DNA from: Deltaproteobacteria bacterium
GTDB taxonomy: Bacteria > SAR324 > NAC60-12
DNA: 17,846 nt
Assembly: GCA_038150265.1 (NCBI GenBank)
Contig: JAYOTF010000048.1
Span: 1 to 17,846 of the forward strand
Reading direction: 5' to 3'
Shown here: positions 1-7,955 of the stretch, one piece after another
Layout: each line of letters starts with the position of its first letter
Numbering within the stretch: the first letter of the stretch is position 1
Notes under the pieces: model-generated
Told to the model about the DNA's origin: nothing
The model's database searches: none
Seen by the model: the letters and a program-made list of their open reading frames with translations, nothing else
Translations under genes and position numbers: made by a program

Positions 1-74
1 TGAACCTGGAAGGCACCGATGCCGCCTCCGGATTTCCCTTCACCAACACGGAGGACTTCACCTTCTTCAGCTAA
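1..74 (+). CDS. 3' end of an unidentified upstream CDS (partial)
   Basis: Frame 3 reads ...NLEGTDAASGFPFTNTEDFTFFS-TAA(72-74) with strongly C/G-ending codons like neighbouring genes, followed by a 42-bp gap to the next gene. Too short to assign a family. Confidence 0.6.
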   Translation, partial: NLEGTDAASGFPFTNTEDFTFFS

Positions 75-116
75 CGTCCATTTTGCACGTCTAACCCCAT
101 TTTCAGGAGCTTGAAC

Positions 117-1229
117 ATGTCCTCCAAAATAAGAGTTGGTGTCATTGGAACCAGTTGGTGGGCCGATGCCATGTACCTGCCCTCGCTCAAAGGCGTGGAC
201 GCCGCCGAAGTCGTTGCCTGCTGCGGACGAGACCGGGAGCGGACTCAGGCATTTGCCGCACGCTGGGACATTCCGCACGTGTACACCAACTGGGAGCACC
301 TGCTGGAAGAGGCGCCTCTGGACGCGGTCATCATCACCACTCCCAACCACACCCACCACGACATGACGCTCCGGGCTGTGGAGCAGGGGCTGCACGTCCT
401 TTGTGAAAAACCGCTGGGCCTCAACTACGGTGAAGCCAGGCGCATGACCGAAGCGGCAGCCGCGCACTCACGGGTCACGATGACGCCGTTTACCTACTCC
501 TTTGTTCCGATGACCCAGCGGATCAAGGGGCTGCTGGAGGAAGGCTACCTTGGGCAACCCTACCACCTCAACTTCCGTTACTTTGCGAACTTTGCACGTG
601 ATCCCGGCTACTTCTGGCGGTTTGACCCTCGCTACTCCGGTTCCGGAGTGCTGGGGGACATTGGTTCCCACTTCCTCTACCTCGCCCTCTGGTTCTTTGG
701 GGACGTCACTCACGTCATGGCAGAGGTCTCCCGGATTGGCCCCCGGGTGGAGCAAGACCCGGCCGGTCGGCCCTACACGCCAGCAGATGACGTCAGCACC
801 CTGCTGCTGACCTTTGCCAATGGCGCTCAGGGCGTCATTCAGGCCTCCGCCCTTGCCCACGAGCCCACGCCCTGGGGACAGGCGCACTACTTCGACCTCC
901 ACGGGTCCGGAGGAACGCTGCACGCCTGGACCGACTGGGAGCAGGTGTATGAGTTAAAGGGAGCGCGTCACGCTGAGGTCGGCTACCAGGATCTCGAAAT
1001 TCCGGAGCTGATGCACAATGGCCAGAAGCGGACGGACATTCAGCAGATGTACAAGGAAACCTTCCGTCAGCACGGAAAGATGACAGGTGAGTTCATTGAG
1101 GCGATCCGGACCCAGGGAAGCTGTCGTCCGGATTTGGCTGAGGGAGCCCGGGTGCAGCGGGTCCTGGATGCCGCCCTCCTCAGCTCCACCGAAGGACGGC
1201 GGGTCGCCATTGAGGAAATCACGGGCTAA
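117..1229 (+). CDS. Gfo/Idh/MocA family NAD(P)-dependent oxidoreductase
   Basis: N-terminal Rossmann strand IRVGVIGTSWWA, HVLCEKP motif and GVLGDIGSH catalytic segment. AGGAG at 105-109 sits 7 nt before ATG 117, favouring this start over TTG 111. Confidence 0.92.
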   Translation: MSSKIRVGVIGTSWWADAMYLPSLKGVDAAEVVACCGRDRERTQAFAARWDIPHVYTNWEHLLEEAPLDAVIITTPNHTHHDMTLRAVEQGLHVLCEKPLGLNYGEARRMTEAAAAHSRVTMTPFTYSFVPMTQRIKGLLEEGYLGQPYHLNFRYFANFARDPGYFWRFDPRYSGSGVLGDIGSHFLYLALWFFGDVTHVMAEVSRIGPRVEQDPAGRPYTPADDVSTLLLTFANGAQGVIQASALAHEPTPWGQAHYFDLHGSGGTLHAWTDWEQVYELKGARHAEVGYQDLEIPELMHNGQKRTDIQQMYKETFRQHGKMTGEFIEAIRTQGSCRPDLAEGARVQRVLDAALLSSTEGRRVAIEEITG

Positions 1230-1254
1230 GGACCGCCCAACACGTCCGGAAGCC

Positions 1255-1268
1255 CGCTCGGCCGAGCG
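1255..1268. terminator. GC-rich palindrome between convergent genes (possible bidirectional terminator or pause hairpin)
   Basis: Perfect 14-bp palindrome CGCTCGGCCGAGCG in the 44-bp gap between the convergent stops at 1229 and 1274. No U-tract on either side. Confidence 0.35.
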
Positions 1269-1273
1269 CAGTG

Positions 1274-2752
1274 CTAGAGCTGCGAGGTCAGGTGGTACAC
1301 CCGCGCCTGCCGTGCGGAAAGGGCCTCCCACTGCTCGGCAACCTCCGGATTGGGCTCAAAGACCTCGGCTTCGTTCGTCATGGCGCTGGCGGCCTCTTCA
1401 AAGCTGCTGTACCAGCCGGCTCCCACTGCCGCAGAAATACCGGCTCCGAGAGACGACGCCTCATTGGACAGGCTCCGCTTGGCCGGAAGCCCTGTGGAGT
1501 CGGCAATCATCTGCATCCACAGCGCGCTCTGCGCTCCCCCTCCAATCACATTGATCTGCTGCAGGGCCACCCCCTGTTCCTGCATCGCCTTCAGCGCTCG
1601 GGCAGACTCCAGCGTGAGCGCCTCCAGCGAGGCTCGGTACAGGTGCGCCTGCGTGTGATGCGTCCCCAGCCCCAGAAACGCGCCCCGCGCTTGCGGATTC
1701 CAGTAGGGGTCCATGCAGCCGGCAAGGTACGTACAGGCGACCACGCCTTCGGAGCCGATGTCCAGGGTCCGGGCTTCCTGCTCCAGTCGGTTCAGCAGCG
1801 CGGCAGACCGCTGCTCGTCGGAAAAGTTATCCACGAACCAGTTGACAAAGTAGGCGCCAGCGCGCTGGACCGCTTCCAGGAAGTACCCCTCCCCGGTGGG
1901 AGACGTCATGGTCCGCCAGTAGTTGCTGAGGCGCAGCTCGGAAGACGAGGCACCCGCGATGATGGCGGTTCCCAGGTTGAGGTAGGCCCGTCCGCCTGCG
2001 ATGGCGTTCACTCCAAGTCCGGCGCACTGGCCATCTCCTCCGGCCGCAAAGAGCGGTGTCTTGGGGGCGAGCCCCAGCGGCTCGGCCACTGCCGGAAGGA
2101 CCTCGCCCAGTCGGGTTCCCGGGCGAACCGCTTCCGGAAGCTGCTGCGGGCTCACGTTCACGGCCTCCAGCAACGTCTGTGACCACTGCTTCTCGGCAAT
2201 GTCAAAGATGGCAAACGGGTCCGCACTGGTCCACGAGGTCTGGAAGGTTCCCGTCAGGCGATGGATGAGGTAGCTCTGGACGTCGAGCAGGTGTCGGGTC
2301 TGCTGGAGCACCTCCGGCTGGTGGTTGGCCATCCAGCGCAGCCGATACAGCACAGGGGTCACATCGACGGGCTTCCCGGTGATGCGGTGAATCTCGTCAC
2401 CGCCGACCTGTTCACACAGCTGCCCCACCTCTTCGAGCGCACGCTCATCAAGCCAGAGCATGGCCGGGCGGATGGAGCGGCCGTTCTCATCCAGAAAGGA
2501 CACCGTCTCCCGCTGGTTGGAAATGCCAATGCCGTCCACGCAGGTGGCATCCACGGGCTCCAGGGCCTGTTGCAGCGCAATCCGGTTGGCCTCCCACCAC
2601 TCATCGGGCTCCTGTTCGGCAAAGCCCGGCTGAGGCGCCGAGAGGGAAAGCGGCGCGCGGCCCTCACTGACCGGACGCCCCTGCTGATCCCAGACAATCG
2701 CCTTGACGGATTGTGTGGAGCTGTCGATGCCAATCACGTAACGGTCCTTCAT
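1274..2752 (-). CDS. FGGY-family carbohydrate kinase (xylulokinase-like)
   Basis: Motifs GIDSSTQSVKA, ISNQRET, LWLDER, AAGGDGQCAGLG, LNLGTA and IGGGAQS. Strong RBS (GGAGAGGAG). The ATG overlaps the regulator's TGA (ATGA, 2749-2752). Confidence 0.92.
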   Translation of the reverse strand: MKDRYVIGIDSSTQSVKAIVWDQQGRPVSEGRAPLSLSAPQPGFAEQEPDEWWEANRIALQQALEPVDATCVDGIGISNQRETVSFLDENGRSIRPAMLWLDERALEEVGQLCEQVGGDEIHRITGKPVDVTPVLYRLRWMANHQPEVLQQTRHLLDVQSYLIHRLTGTFQTSWTSADPFAIFDIAEKQWSQTLLEAVNVSPQQLPEAVRPGTRLGEVLPAVAEPLGLAPKTPLFAAGGDGQCAGLGVNAIAGGRAYLNLGTAIIAGASSSELRLSNYWRTMTSPTGEGYFLEAVQRAGAYFVNWFVDNFSDEQRSAALLNRLEQEARTLDIGSEGVVACTYLAGCMDPYWNPQARGAFLGLGTHHTQAHLYRASLEALTLESARALKAMQEQGVALQQINVIGGGAQSALWMQMIADSTGLPAKRSLSNEASSLGAGISAAVGAGWYSSFEEAASAMTNEAEVFEPNPEVAEQWEALSARQARVYHLTSQL

Positions 2753-3744
2753 GATCTCCTCTCCATCTGCAGTTCAGTCGCAGAGCCGGTTCCACTCAGC
2801 AGCGCTGAGGCCGTCTCATAATCGGTTACCAGGTGCGTCACGTACCCGCCCTTGAGGGTGGCTTTGATCGCGTCAATCTTTTGCTTGCCACCGGCCACTG
2901 CCAGCCGGCAGGGGATGGGCTTGATCTCCTCCAGTGTCACCCCGATCATGCGCTCGTCCATTTCGGTATAAATCTGGGAGCCGTCTTCATCGAGCATCCG
3001 GCCGATGATGGTTCCCACCGCGCCCTGCGCCTTGTAGCGCGACATGAGGGTTTCGCCAATGAACCCGGAACGCGCCACGGTGCTTTCTGGAGCAATGTCT
3101 CCAATGCCAAAAAGGATGATCCGGGAAGAGCGGATGGCCTCAAACTGGCTTTCGATCACGTCCTCCTGGAGCAACTCATTGCGGAGTCGGCTATGAGACA
3201 GCACGGCTGGAGCGAGGAAGTTCATGCAGCGCGCGTTGAGCTGATTGGCCATCACCGAGGTGCACAGCTCCGGAGAGAAGTCAAAGGTGCCCTGAATGCT
3301 GCCCACCACCTGCACCACCGTCAGGTTGCTCAACGAGGTCCGGGGCATTGACTGCGCCACCGAAAGCACCGTCTTTCCCCATGCCACGCCCACCACGTCA
3401 TTGGGTTCCAGCATCGCATAAAGCGTCCGGGCCGCGGCCTCCCCCAAGCGGTTCGCCAATTGTCCGTCTTCTGGCCCTCTCGGAATGACCATGCAGCCTT
3501 CCAACCCATAGGCCTGCTTCAGTTCCTGCGAGACGACCGTGTTTTCAATGGCCTTTTCATCAAACTTGATCGAGACAATCCCCTTGTCTCGCGCTTCCTG
3601 AAGGTAGTTCACCACCGATGCCCGGGAAACGCCCAACTCCTTGGCCACTTCGCTCTGGTTCAGTTGATCCACATAGTACAACCACGCTGCCCACACAATC
3701 ACATCCTGAAACTCAGGGGGCGCCTTCCGGAATTTGATCCTCAT
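2749..3744 (-). CDS. SorC/DeoR (LsrR/EryD-like) sugar-binding transcriptional regulator
   Basis: N-terminal HTH AAWLYYVDQLNQSEVAKELGVSRASVVNYLQEARDKGIV, then the sugar-binding domain motifs VGVAWGKT, FGIG, VAGGKQK and LVTD. Start placed at ATG 3744 (MRIKFRK), preceded by GAGAGG/AGGA, rather than at 3798. Confidence 0.92.
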   Translation of the reverse strand: MRIKFRKAPPEFQDVIVWAAWLYYVDQLNQSEVAKELGVSRASVVNYLQEARDKGIVSIKFDEKAIENTVVSQELKQAYGLEGCMVIPRGPEDGQLANRLGEAAARTLYAMLEPNDVVGVAWGKTVLSVAQSMPRTSLSNLTVVQVVGSIQGTFDFSPELCTSVMANQLNARCMNFLAPAVLSHSRLRNELLQEDVIESQFEAIRSSRIILFGIGDIAPESTVARSGFIGETLMSRYKAQGAVGTIIGRMLDEDGSQIYTEMDERMIGVTLEEIKPIPCRLAVAGGKQKIDAIKATLKGGYVTHLVTDYETASALLSGTGSATELQMERRS

Positions 3745-3995
3745 GCAGTCCTGACCTCTCTCATCATCAATCGTTGCTCCGTGACCACCACTTCCCATCC
3801 GGAACCCATGGCCTTTTGAGAGACTACGTGGGCTCCGGTAAAAAGCGAATTTATTTTTGGATTTGACATTGAACCCAAATTAGATTCAAGTCTATTTAAC
3901 TTTTATCAGAAGTTTGTGACTTTTGGTGAATCAAAAGTTAAAAAATTATGAATTTTGTACTATTCAGGCTTTCTATCAGTTGAGTTGTAAAAAAT
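3745..3995. promoter_or_regulatory. Divergent AT-rich promoter/operator region
   Basis: Sharp AT-rich island (about 3840-3995) in otherwise GC-rich DNA between divergent genes. Contains TTGACA at 3863-3868, the inverted repeat TGACTTTTGG-N4-TCAAAAGTTA at 3917-3940, and related boxes at 3897 and 3949. Confidence 0.75.
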
Positions 3996-5315
3996 ATGGG
4001 AAACTGGACCGCACTCATTGACGACATCATTCAGGGCCGCTGGCTCAATCCCGAGACAGGGGAATACGCTCAGGTTCCGTATGAGTCCATCATCATCGAA
4101 GACAGCCTTGATGGCCAGGAAGCCGACCTGCTGGCCAGCGTGGGACTGACCGACAACCTGGTGCTGGTGTGCGACGAAACCACCTACGGCGCCCTGGGCA
4201 AACGGGTGGAAGCCAACCTGCGCCAAGCGGGGCACCCGGTCACGCTGCTCACCCTCGATCACCCGCACGCCGACCTGGAGGAGGTCGCGCAGCTCAGCGA
4301 GAAAATTCGGTCCTTCGACGGTGTGGTCGCAGTGGGTTCCGGAACCATCAACGACGTCTGCAAGCACGCGACCTTGCAGAATCAGCAGCGTTACGCGGTC
4401 TTTGCCACCGCCGGCTCCATGAACGGCTACACCTCGACCACCGCCTCCATGCGTTTGGAATCCGGACTCAAGGTGTCCCTTCCCTCTCATGCGCCAGCGG
4501 GCTTCTTTGTGGACCTGGAAGTGAGCGCTCAGGCGCCGTCTTACCTGGCAGCCTCGGGCTTTGGAGACTGCCTCTGCCGCTCCGTGGCCCAAGTGGACTG
4601 GTGGATGTCGCACCGCCTGCTGGGAACGAAGTATCACCCCTCGGCGTACCTCATTCAGGAGCAGGATGAGCGGGAACTGAACGCCCGGGCGGCCGGACTG
4701 AAGGCCGGGCATCCGGAGGCGATCGGCTACCTCTTCCGGGTCCTGACCCTGTGTGGCCTCGGGGTTTCCTTTACCGGGGTCTCCAACCCGGGCTCCATGG
4801 GGGAGCATCAGATTTCACATTACATCGACTGCTTTGCCGGCGACCGCCACCCCGGCACCCTTCACGGGCAACAGGTCGGCGTGGCGTCTCTGACGATGGC
4901 ACGCCTGCAACGAGCGCTCCTGGCGCAAGACCGTCCCCCCGTGATGCAGGCCACCCAGGTCGATGCCACCGGAATGCAGCAGCGCATGGGCGCCAGCATT
5001 GCGGAGCAGTGTCAGGTTGAGTTTGAAAAGAAGGCCTTCACCGAAGCTTCGGTTGCAGCCGTGAATGCGCGGCTCGCGGAAATTTGGGACGACCTGAAGG
5101 CTGAGGTCCAGCCATTCCTCATTGCTGTTGAAGAAATGGAAACGATGCTCCGGGATTCCGGAGGACCCACTACCTATGAAGAGCTTGGGGTTGAGGGAGA
5201 CTTGTACCGAGAAGCGGTTGTGCATTGTCGCGAGATGCGCAACCGTTACTCCTTCCTTGACATCGCAGCCGACAGTGGCCTGCTTGAACCCTTTGCCGAT
5301 CAAGAGGTGGCATGA
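3996..5315 (+). CDS. AraM/EgsA-like sn-glycerol-1-phosphate dehydrogenase family enzyme (DHQS/Fe-ADH superfamily)
   Basis: Motifs AVGSGTINDVCK (NAD binding), TAGSMNGYTS, ASGFGD (metal Asp), GEHQISH and LHGQQVG (metal His residues). 439 aa. No clear Shine-Dalgarno; A-rich sequence precedes the ATG. Confidence 0.85.
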   Translation: MGNWTALIDDIIQGRWLNPETGEYAQVPYESIIIEDSLDGQEADLLASVGLTDNLVLVCDETTYGALGKRVEANLRQAGHPVTLLTLDHPHADLEEVAQLSEKIRSFDGVVAVGSGTINDVCKHATLQNQQRYAVFATAGSMNGYTSTTASMRLESGLKVSLPSHAPAGFFVDLEVSAQAPSYLAASGFGDCLCRSVAQVDWWMSHRLLGTKYHPSAYLIQEQDERELNARAAGLKAGHPEAIGYLFRVLTLCGLGVSFTGVSNPGSMGEHQISHYIDCFAGDRHPGTLHGQQVGVASLTMARLQRALLAQDRPPVMQATQVDATGMQQRMGASIAEQCQVEFEKKAFTEASVAAVNARLAEIWDDLKAEVQPFLIAVEEMETMLRDSGGPTTYEELGVEGDLYREAVVHCREMRNRYSFLDIAADSGLLEPFADQEVA

Positions 5316-6118
5316 AACCATTCCGAGACATGAGCATCGCCCTCAGCAAGAGCCTGAAGGGCGTTTTCTTTGACATTGACGACACCATCACCACCGAAGG
5401 ACGCCTGGAAGGGCATGCCTACCTGGCGGTGGAGCAGCTCCAGCAAGAAGGCCTCCTGACCATCCCCATCACCGGACGTCCAGCTGGGTGGTGCGACCTG
5501 ATTGCCCGCTTCTGGCCCGTTGATGGCGTGGTTGGAGAAAACGGCGCCTTCTCCTTTGCCTACGACCGCAAGAACGCCAAGATGCTCCGCTCCTTCGCGG
5601 TTCCGGAAGCCACCCGCAAGGAGGACCGCAAGAAGCTGGAGGCCCTGAAGCAGACCATCCTGGACGCGGTTCCGGGGTGTGCCATCAGCGCCGATCAGCA
5701 GTACCGCGAAGCGGACCTGGCCATCGATTTCTGCGAAGACGTCCCCGCCTTGCCGTACTCCGAGGTCGAGAAGATTCAGCAGCTCTTTGCGGACGCCGGC
5801 GCCGAGGCCAAGATTTCGTCCATCCACGTCAACGGCTGGTTTGGAAGCTACGACAAGCTGACCGCCTGCAAGCGGTTTGTGCACGAACAGTTCGGCATCA
5901 ACCTGGACGAAGAGAAGGAGCAGTTTCTCTTTGTCGGAGACAGCCCCAACGATGAGCCGATGTTCCAGTTCTTCCCGAACGCCTGTGGCGTTGCCAATGT
6001 GCTTCAGTTTGCCGAGACCCTGCAGCATCCTCCGGCCTGGATCACCGAGCAGCCGAGCGGGCAGGGGTTTGTGGAACTGGTGCAGCACGTGCTGGCTCAG
6101 CGACACACCCAGGGATAA
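5312..6118 (+). CDS. HAD-superfamily subfamily IIB hydrolase (putative sugar/polyol-phosphate phosphatase)
   Basis: Motif I FDIDDTIT, motif II ITGR, GENGA, conserved Lys in YDK, motif IV VGDSPND. ATGA overlap with the upstream gene. Confidence 0.88.
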   Translation: MKPFRDMSIALSKSLKGVFFDIDDTITTEGRLEGHAYLAVEQLQQEGLLTIPITGRPAGWCDLIARFWPVDGVVGENGAFSFAYDRKNAKMLRSFAVPEATRKEDRKKLEALKQTILDAVPGCAISADQQYREADLAIDFCEDVPALPYSEVEKIQQLFADAGAEAKISSIHVNGWFGSYDKLTACKRFVHEQFGINLDEEKEQFLFVGDSPNDEPMFQFFPNACGVANVLQFAETLQHPPAWITEQPSGQGFVELVQHVLAQRHTQG

Positions 6119-6123
6119 GGCTG

Positions 6124-7005
6124 ATGCGCAACCGGAGTCGTTTCATTCTGTCGGATCACCCCCTGCCCTGGCTCTTTCCGCTCGTGTCCGTGCTGGTGGT
6201 GTTCACCATCTACCCCCTGTTTTACAACATCTGGCTGAGCTTCCACGAGTACTCCACTCGCAAGCGCCGCCTGATTTCAGTGGGAGGCGACAACTGGGCT
6301 CAGCTGGCATCCGACTCGCGCTTCTGGGAATCCCTGAGCGTGACCTTCACCTACTTCCTGGTGGCCCTGGCCATTGAGTTGGTGCTGGGCATTGCCATTG
6401 CGCTGCTGCTCGACTCCGATGAGCCCACCTTCGGCATCCTCCGGGGGCTGCTCACGATGACCCTCGTCATTCCTCCAGCCATTGCCGGGATGATGTTTCT
6501 CCTGATGGAAGACGCGGAGTTCGGGATCATCAGCCTCCTGCTGCAGGACCTCGGGATTCTGGACCCCACGCAGCCCCTGCTTTCCACTCCGGGAACAGCG
6601 CTGGCGGGGGTGCTGCTGGCCGAGGTGTGGCAGTGGACCCCCTTCATGGTCCTGATCTTCATGGCCGGGTTGCGATCCCTTCCGCATGAGCCCTTTGAGG
6701 CGGCGATGATCGATGGCGCCTCTGGCTGGCAGATGTTCACCAAACTGACCCTGCCGATGATGAGCAAGGTCATCGCCATTGCGGTCCTCATCCGGGGCAT
6801 CGACCTCTTCCGGGTCTTTGACTACGTCTTTGTGATGACCTCCGGAGGCCCTGGTACCTCAACGTATGCCCTCAGCCTGTACTCGTGGCAGCAGACGTTC
6901 AGTTTTGTCAAATGGGGATACGGGGCCACCTTGAGTCTGGTGACCCTGCTGATTGTGCTGATTACGGCCAATCTCTTCATCAAAGTCATGAAGATCAAAT
7001 GGTAA
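6124..7005 (+). CDS. CUT1 carbohydrate ABC transporter permease (MalF-like)
   Basis: About six hydrophobic segments, EVWQWTPF, EAA loop EAAMIDGASGWQMF, and TSGGPG. Confidence 0.95.
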   Translation: MRNRSRFILSDHPLPWLFPLVSVLVVFTIYPLFYNIWLSFHEYSTRKRRLISVGGDNWAQLASDSRFWESLSVTFTYFLVALAIELVLGIAIALLLDSDEPTFGILRGLLTMTLVIPPAIAGMMFLLMEDAEFGIISLLLQDLGILDPTQPLLSTPGTALAGVLLAEVWQWTPFMVLIFMAGLRSLPHEPFEAAMIDGASGWQMFTKLTLPMMSKVIAIAVLIRGIDLFRVFDYVFVMTSGGPGTSTYALSLYSWQQTFSFVKWGYGATLSLVTLLIVLITANLFIKVMKIKW

Positions 7006-7009
7006 GGCT

Positions 7010-7882
7010 ATGACAGGAAAGCGCTTGCTGCGCATCGTGGTGGCTTGGGGAGTGGTGCTCACCTTCTTCTTCCCCATCTACTACTGGACCACCGTCGCAT
7101 TCAAGTCGGGGAAGGACGTCTTCACCAAGGATCCGGAGCTGTTTTTCTTCAATCCGACCTTTGAGAACTTCGAGAAGGTCTTTGGAATCTCCCTCGGGTT
7201 CGGGTTTGGCTCGCAGTCCACGGTCACACCGGGAGGAGGCAACTTCTACATGGGCCCCCGGCTCTGGGACACCATTGTGGTCGCCGTCGGGTCGACCTTC
7301 TGTGCTGTGCTCATTGCCACCCTCGCCGCCTATGCCCTTTCCCGCATCCGCTTCCGGGGACGGCACCAGTTTGTGGCCTGGGTCCTCTCCACCCGCATGA
7401 TGCCGCCGGTCGCTGTTGCGGTGCCCATGTTCTTCATCTACAAGGAATTTGGACTGCTGGACTCCTACCTCGGGATCATCCTCATTCACACCATCATGAA
7501 CCTGCCCCTGGCGGTGCTGTTGCTCAAGAGCTTCTTTGACGACATTCCTGCCGAGATTGATGAGAGTGCAATGATCGATGGGGCCACCCGCTGGGAAATC
7601 TTCTGGAAGGTCGTCCTGCCCATGGCCCGAGGAGGCCTGGCGGCCACGGCGGTTCTGTGCTTCATCTTCAGCTGGACGGAATTCCTCTTTGTGCTGACGC
7701 TGACCCAGACCAGCCTGAAGACGGTTCCAGTCGTCTCTTCAACGTTTGTCACCTCCATTGGCACAGCTTGGGGAAATATGGCCGCGCTTGGAGCCGCGTC
7801 TGTCATCCCCGCCTTCATCTTCATCCTATTGGTTCAAAAGCACCTGGTCCGTGGATTGACCATGGGCTCCTTGAAGCAATAG
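7010..7882 (+). CDS. CUT1 carbohydrate ABC transporter permease (MalG-like)
   Basis: AAYALSR, EAA loop EIDESAMIDGA, FIFSWTEF, and C-terminal QKHLVRGLTMGSLK. Confidence 0.95.
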   Translation: MTGKRLLRIVVAWGVVLTFFFPIYYWTTVAFKSGKDVFTKDPELFFFNPTFENFEKVFGISLGFGFGSQSTVTPGGGNFYMGPRLWDTIVVAVGSTFCAVLIATLAAYALSRIRFRGRHQFVAWVLSTRMMPPVAVAVPMFFIYKEFGLLDSYLGIILIHTIMNLPLAVLLLKSFFDDIPAEIDESAMIDGATRWEIFWKVVLPMARGGLAATAVLCFIFSWTEFLFVLTLTQTSLKTVPVVSSTFVTSIGTAWGNMAALGAASVIPAFIFILLVQKHLVRGLTMGSLKQ

Positions 7883-7888
7883 ATCCCC

Positions 7889-7926
7889 CGGCCCGCTCGG
7901 GCCGCAATCCCTCGGCAGCAATGCCG
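7889..7926 (+). other. Two small hairpins 5' of the solute-binding protein gene
   Basis: CGGCCC-GCTC-GGGCCG (7889-7904) and CGGCA-GCAA-TGCCG (7913-7926, GNRA tetraloop). Confidence 0.5.
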
Positions 7927-7955
7927 GACCCAAGTGGTAGAGCTTAGAGGTAACT

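Noticed and set aside
3863..3891. sigma70 promoter anchored on the perfect TTGACA
   Set aside because: The hexamer at 17-bp spacing (TCAAGT) is a poor -10 and TAGATT is only 12 bp away, so an exact promoter cannot be called.
3840..3995. Low-GC segment as a horizontally acquired insert
   Set aside because: It is confined to the divergent promoter, with no integrase, transposase, tRNA or flanking direct repeats.
3996..5315. Archaeal-type (G1P ether) lipid biosynthesis in a bacterium
   Set aside because: No GGGP synthase/PcrB, DGGGP synthase or prenyltransferase is in the window, the context is catabolic, and the substrate motifs deviate from EgsA.
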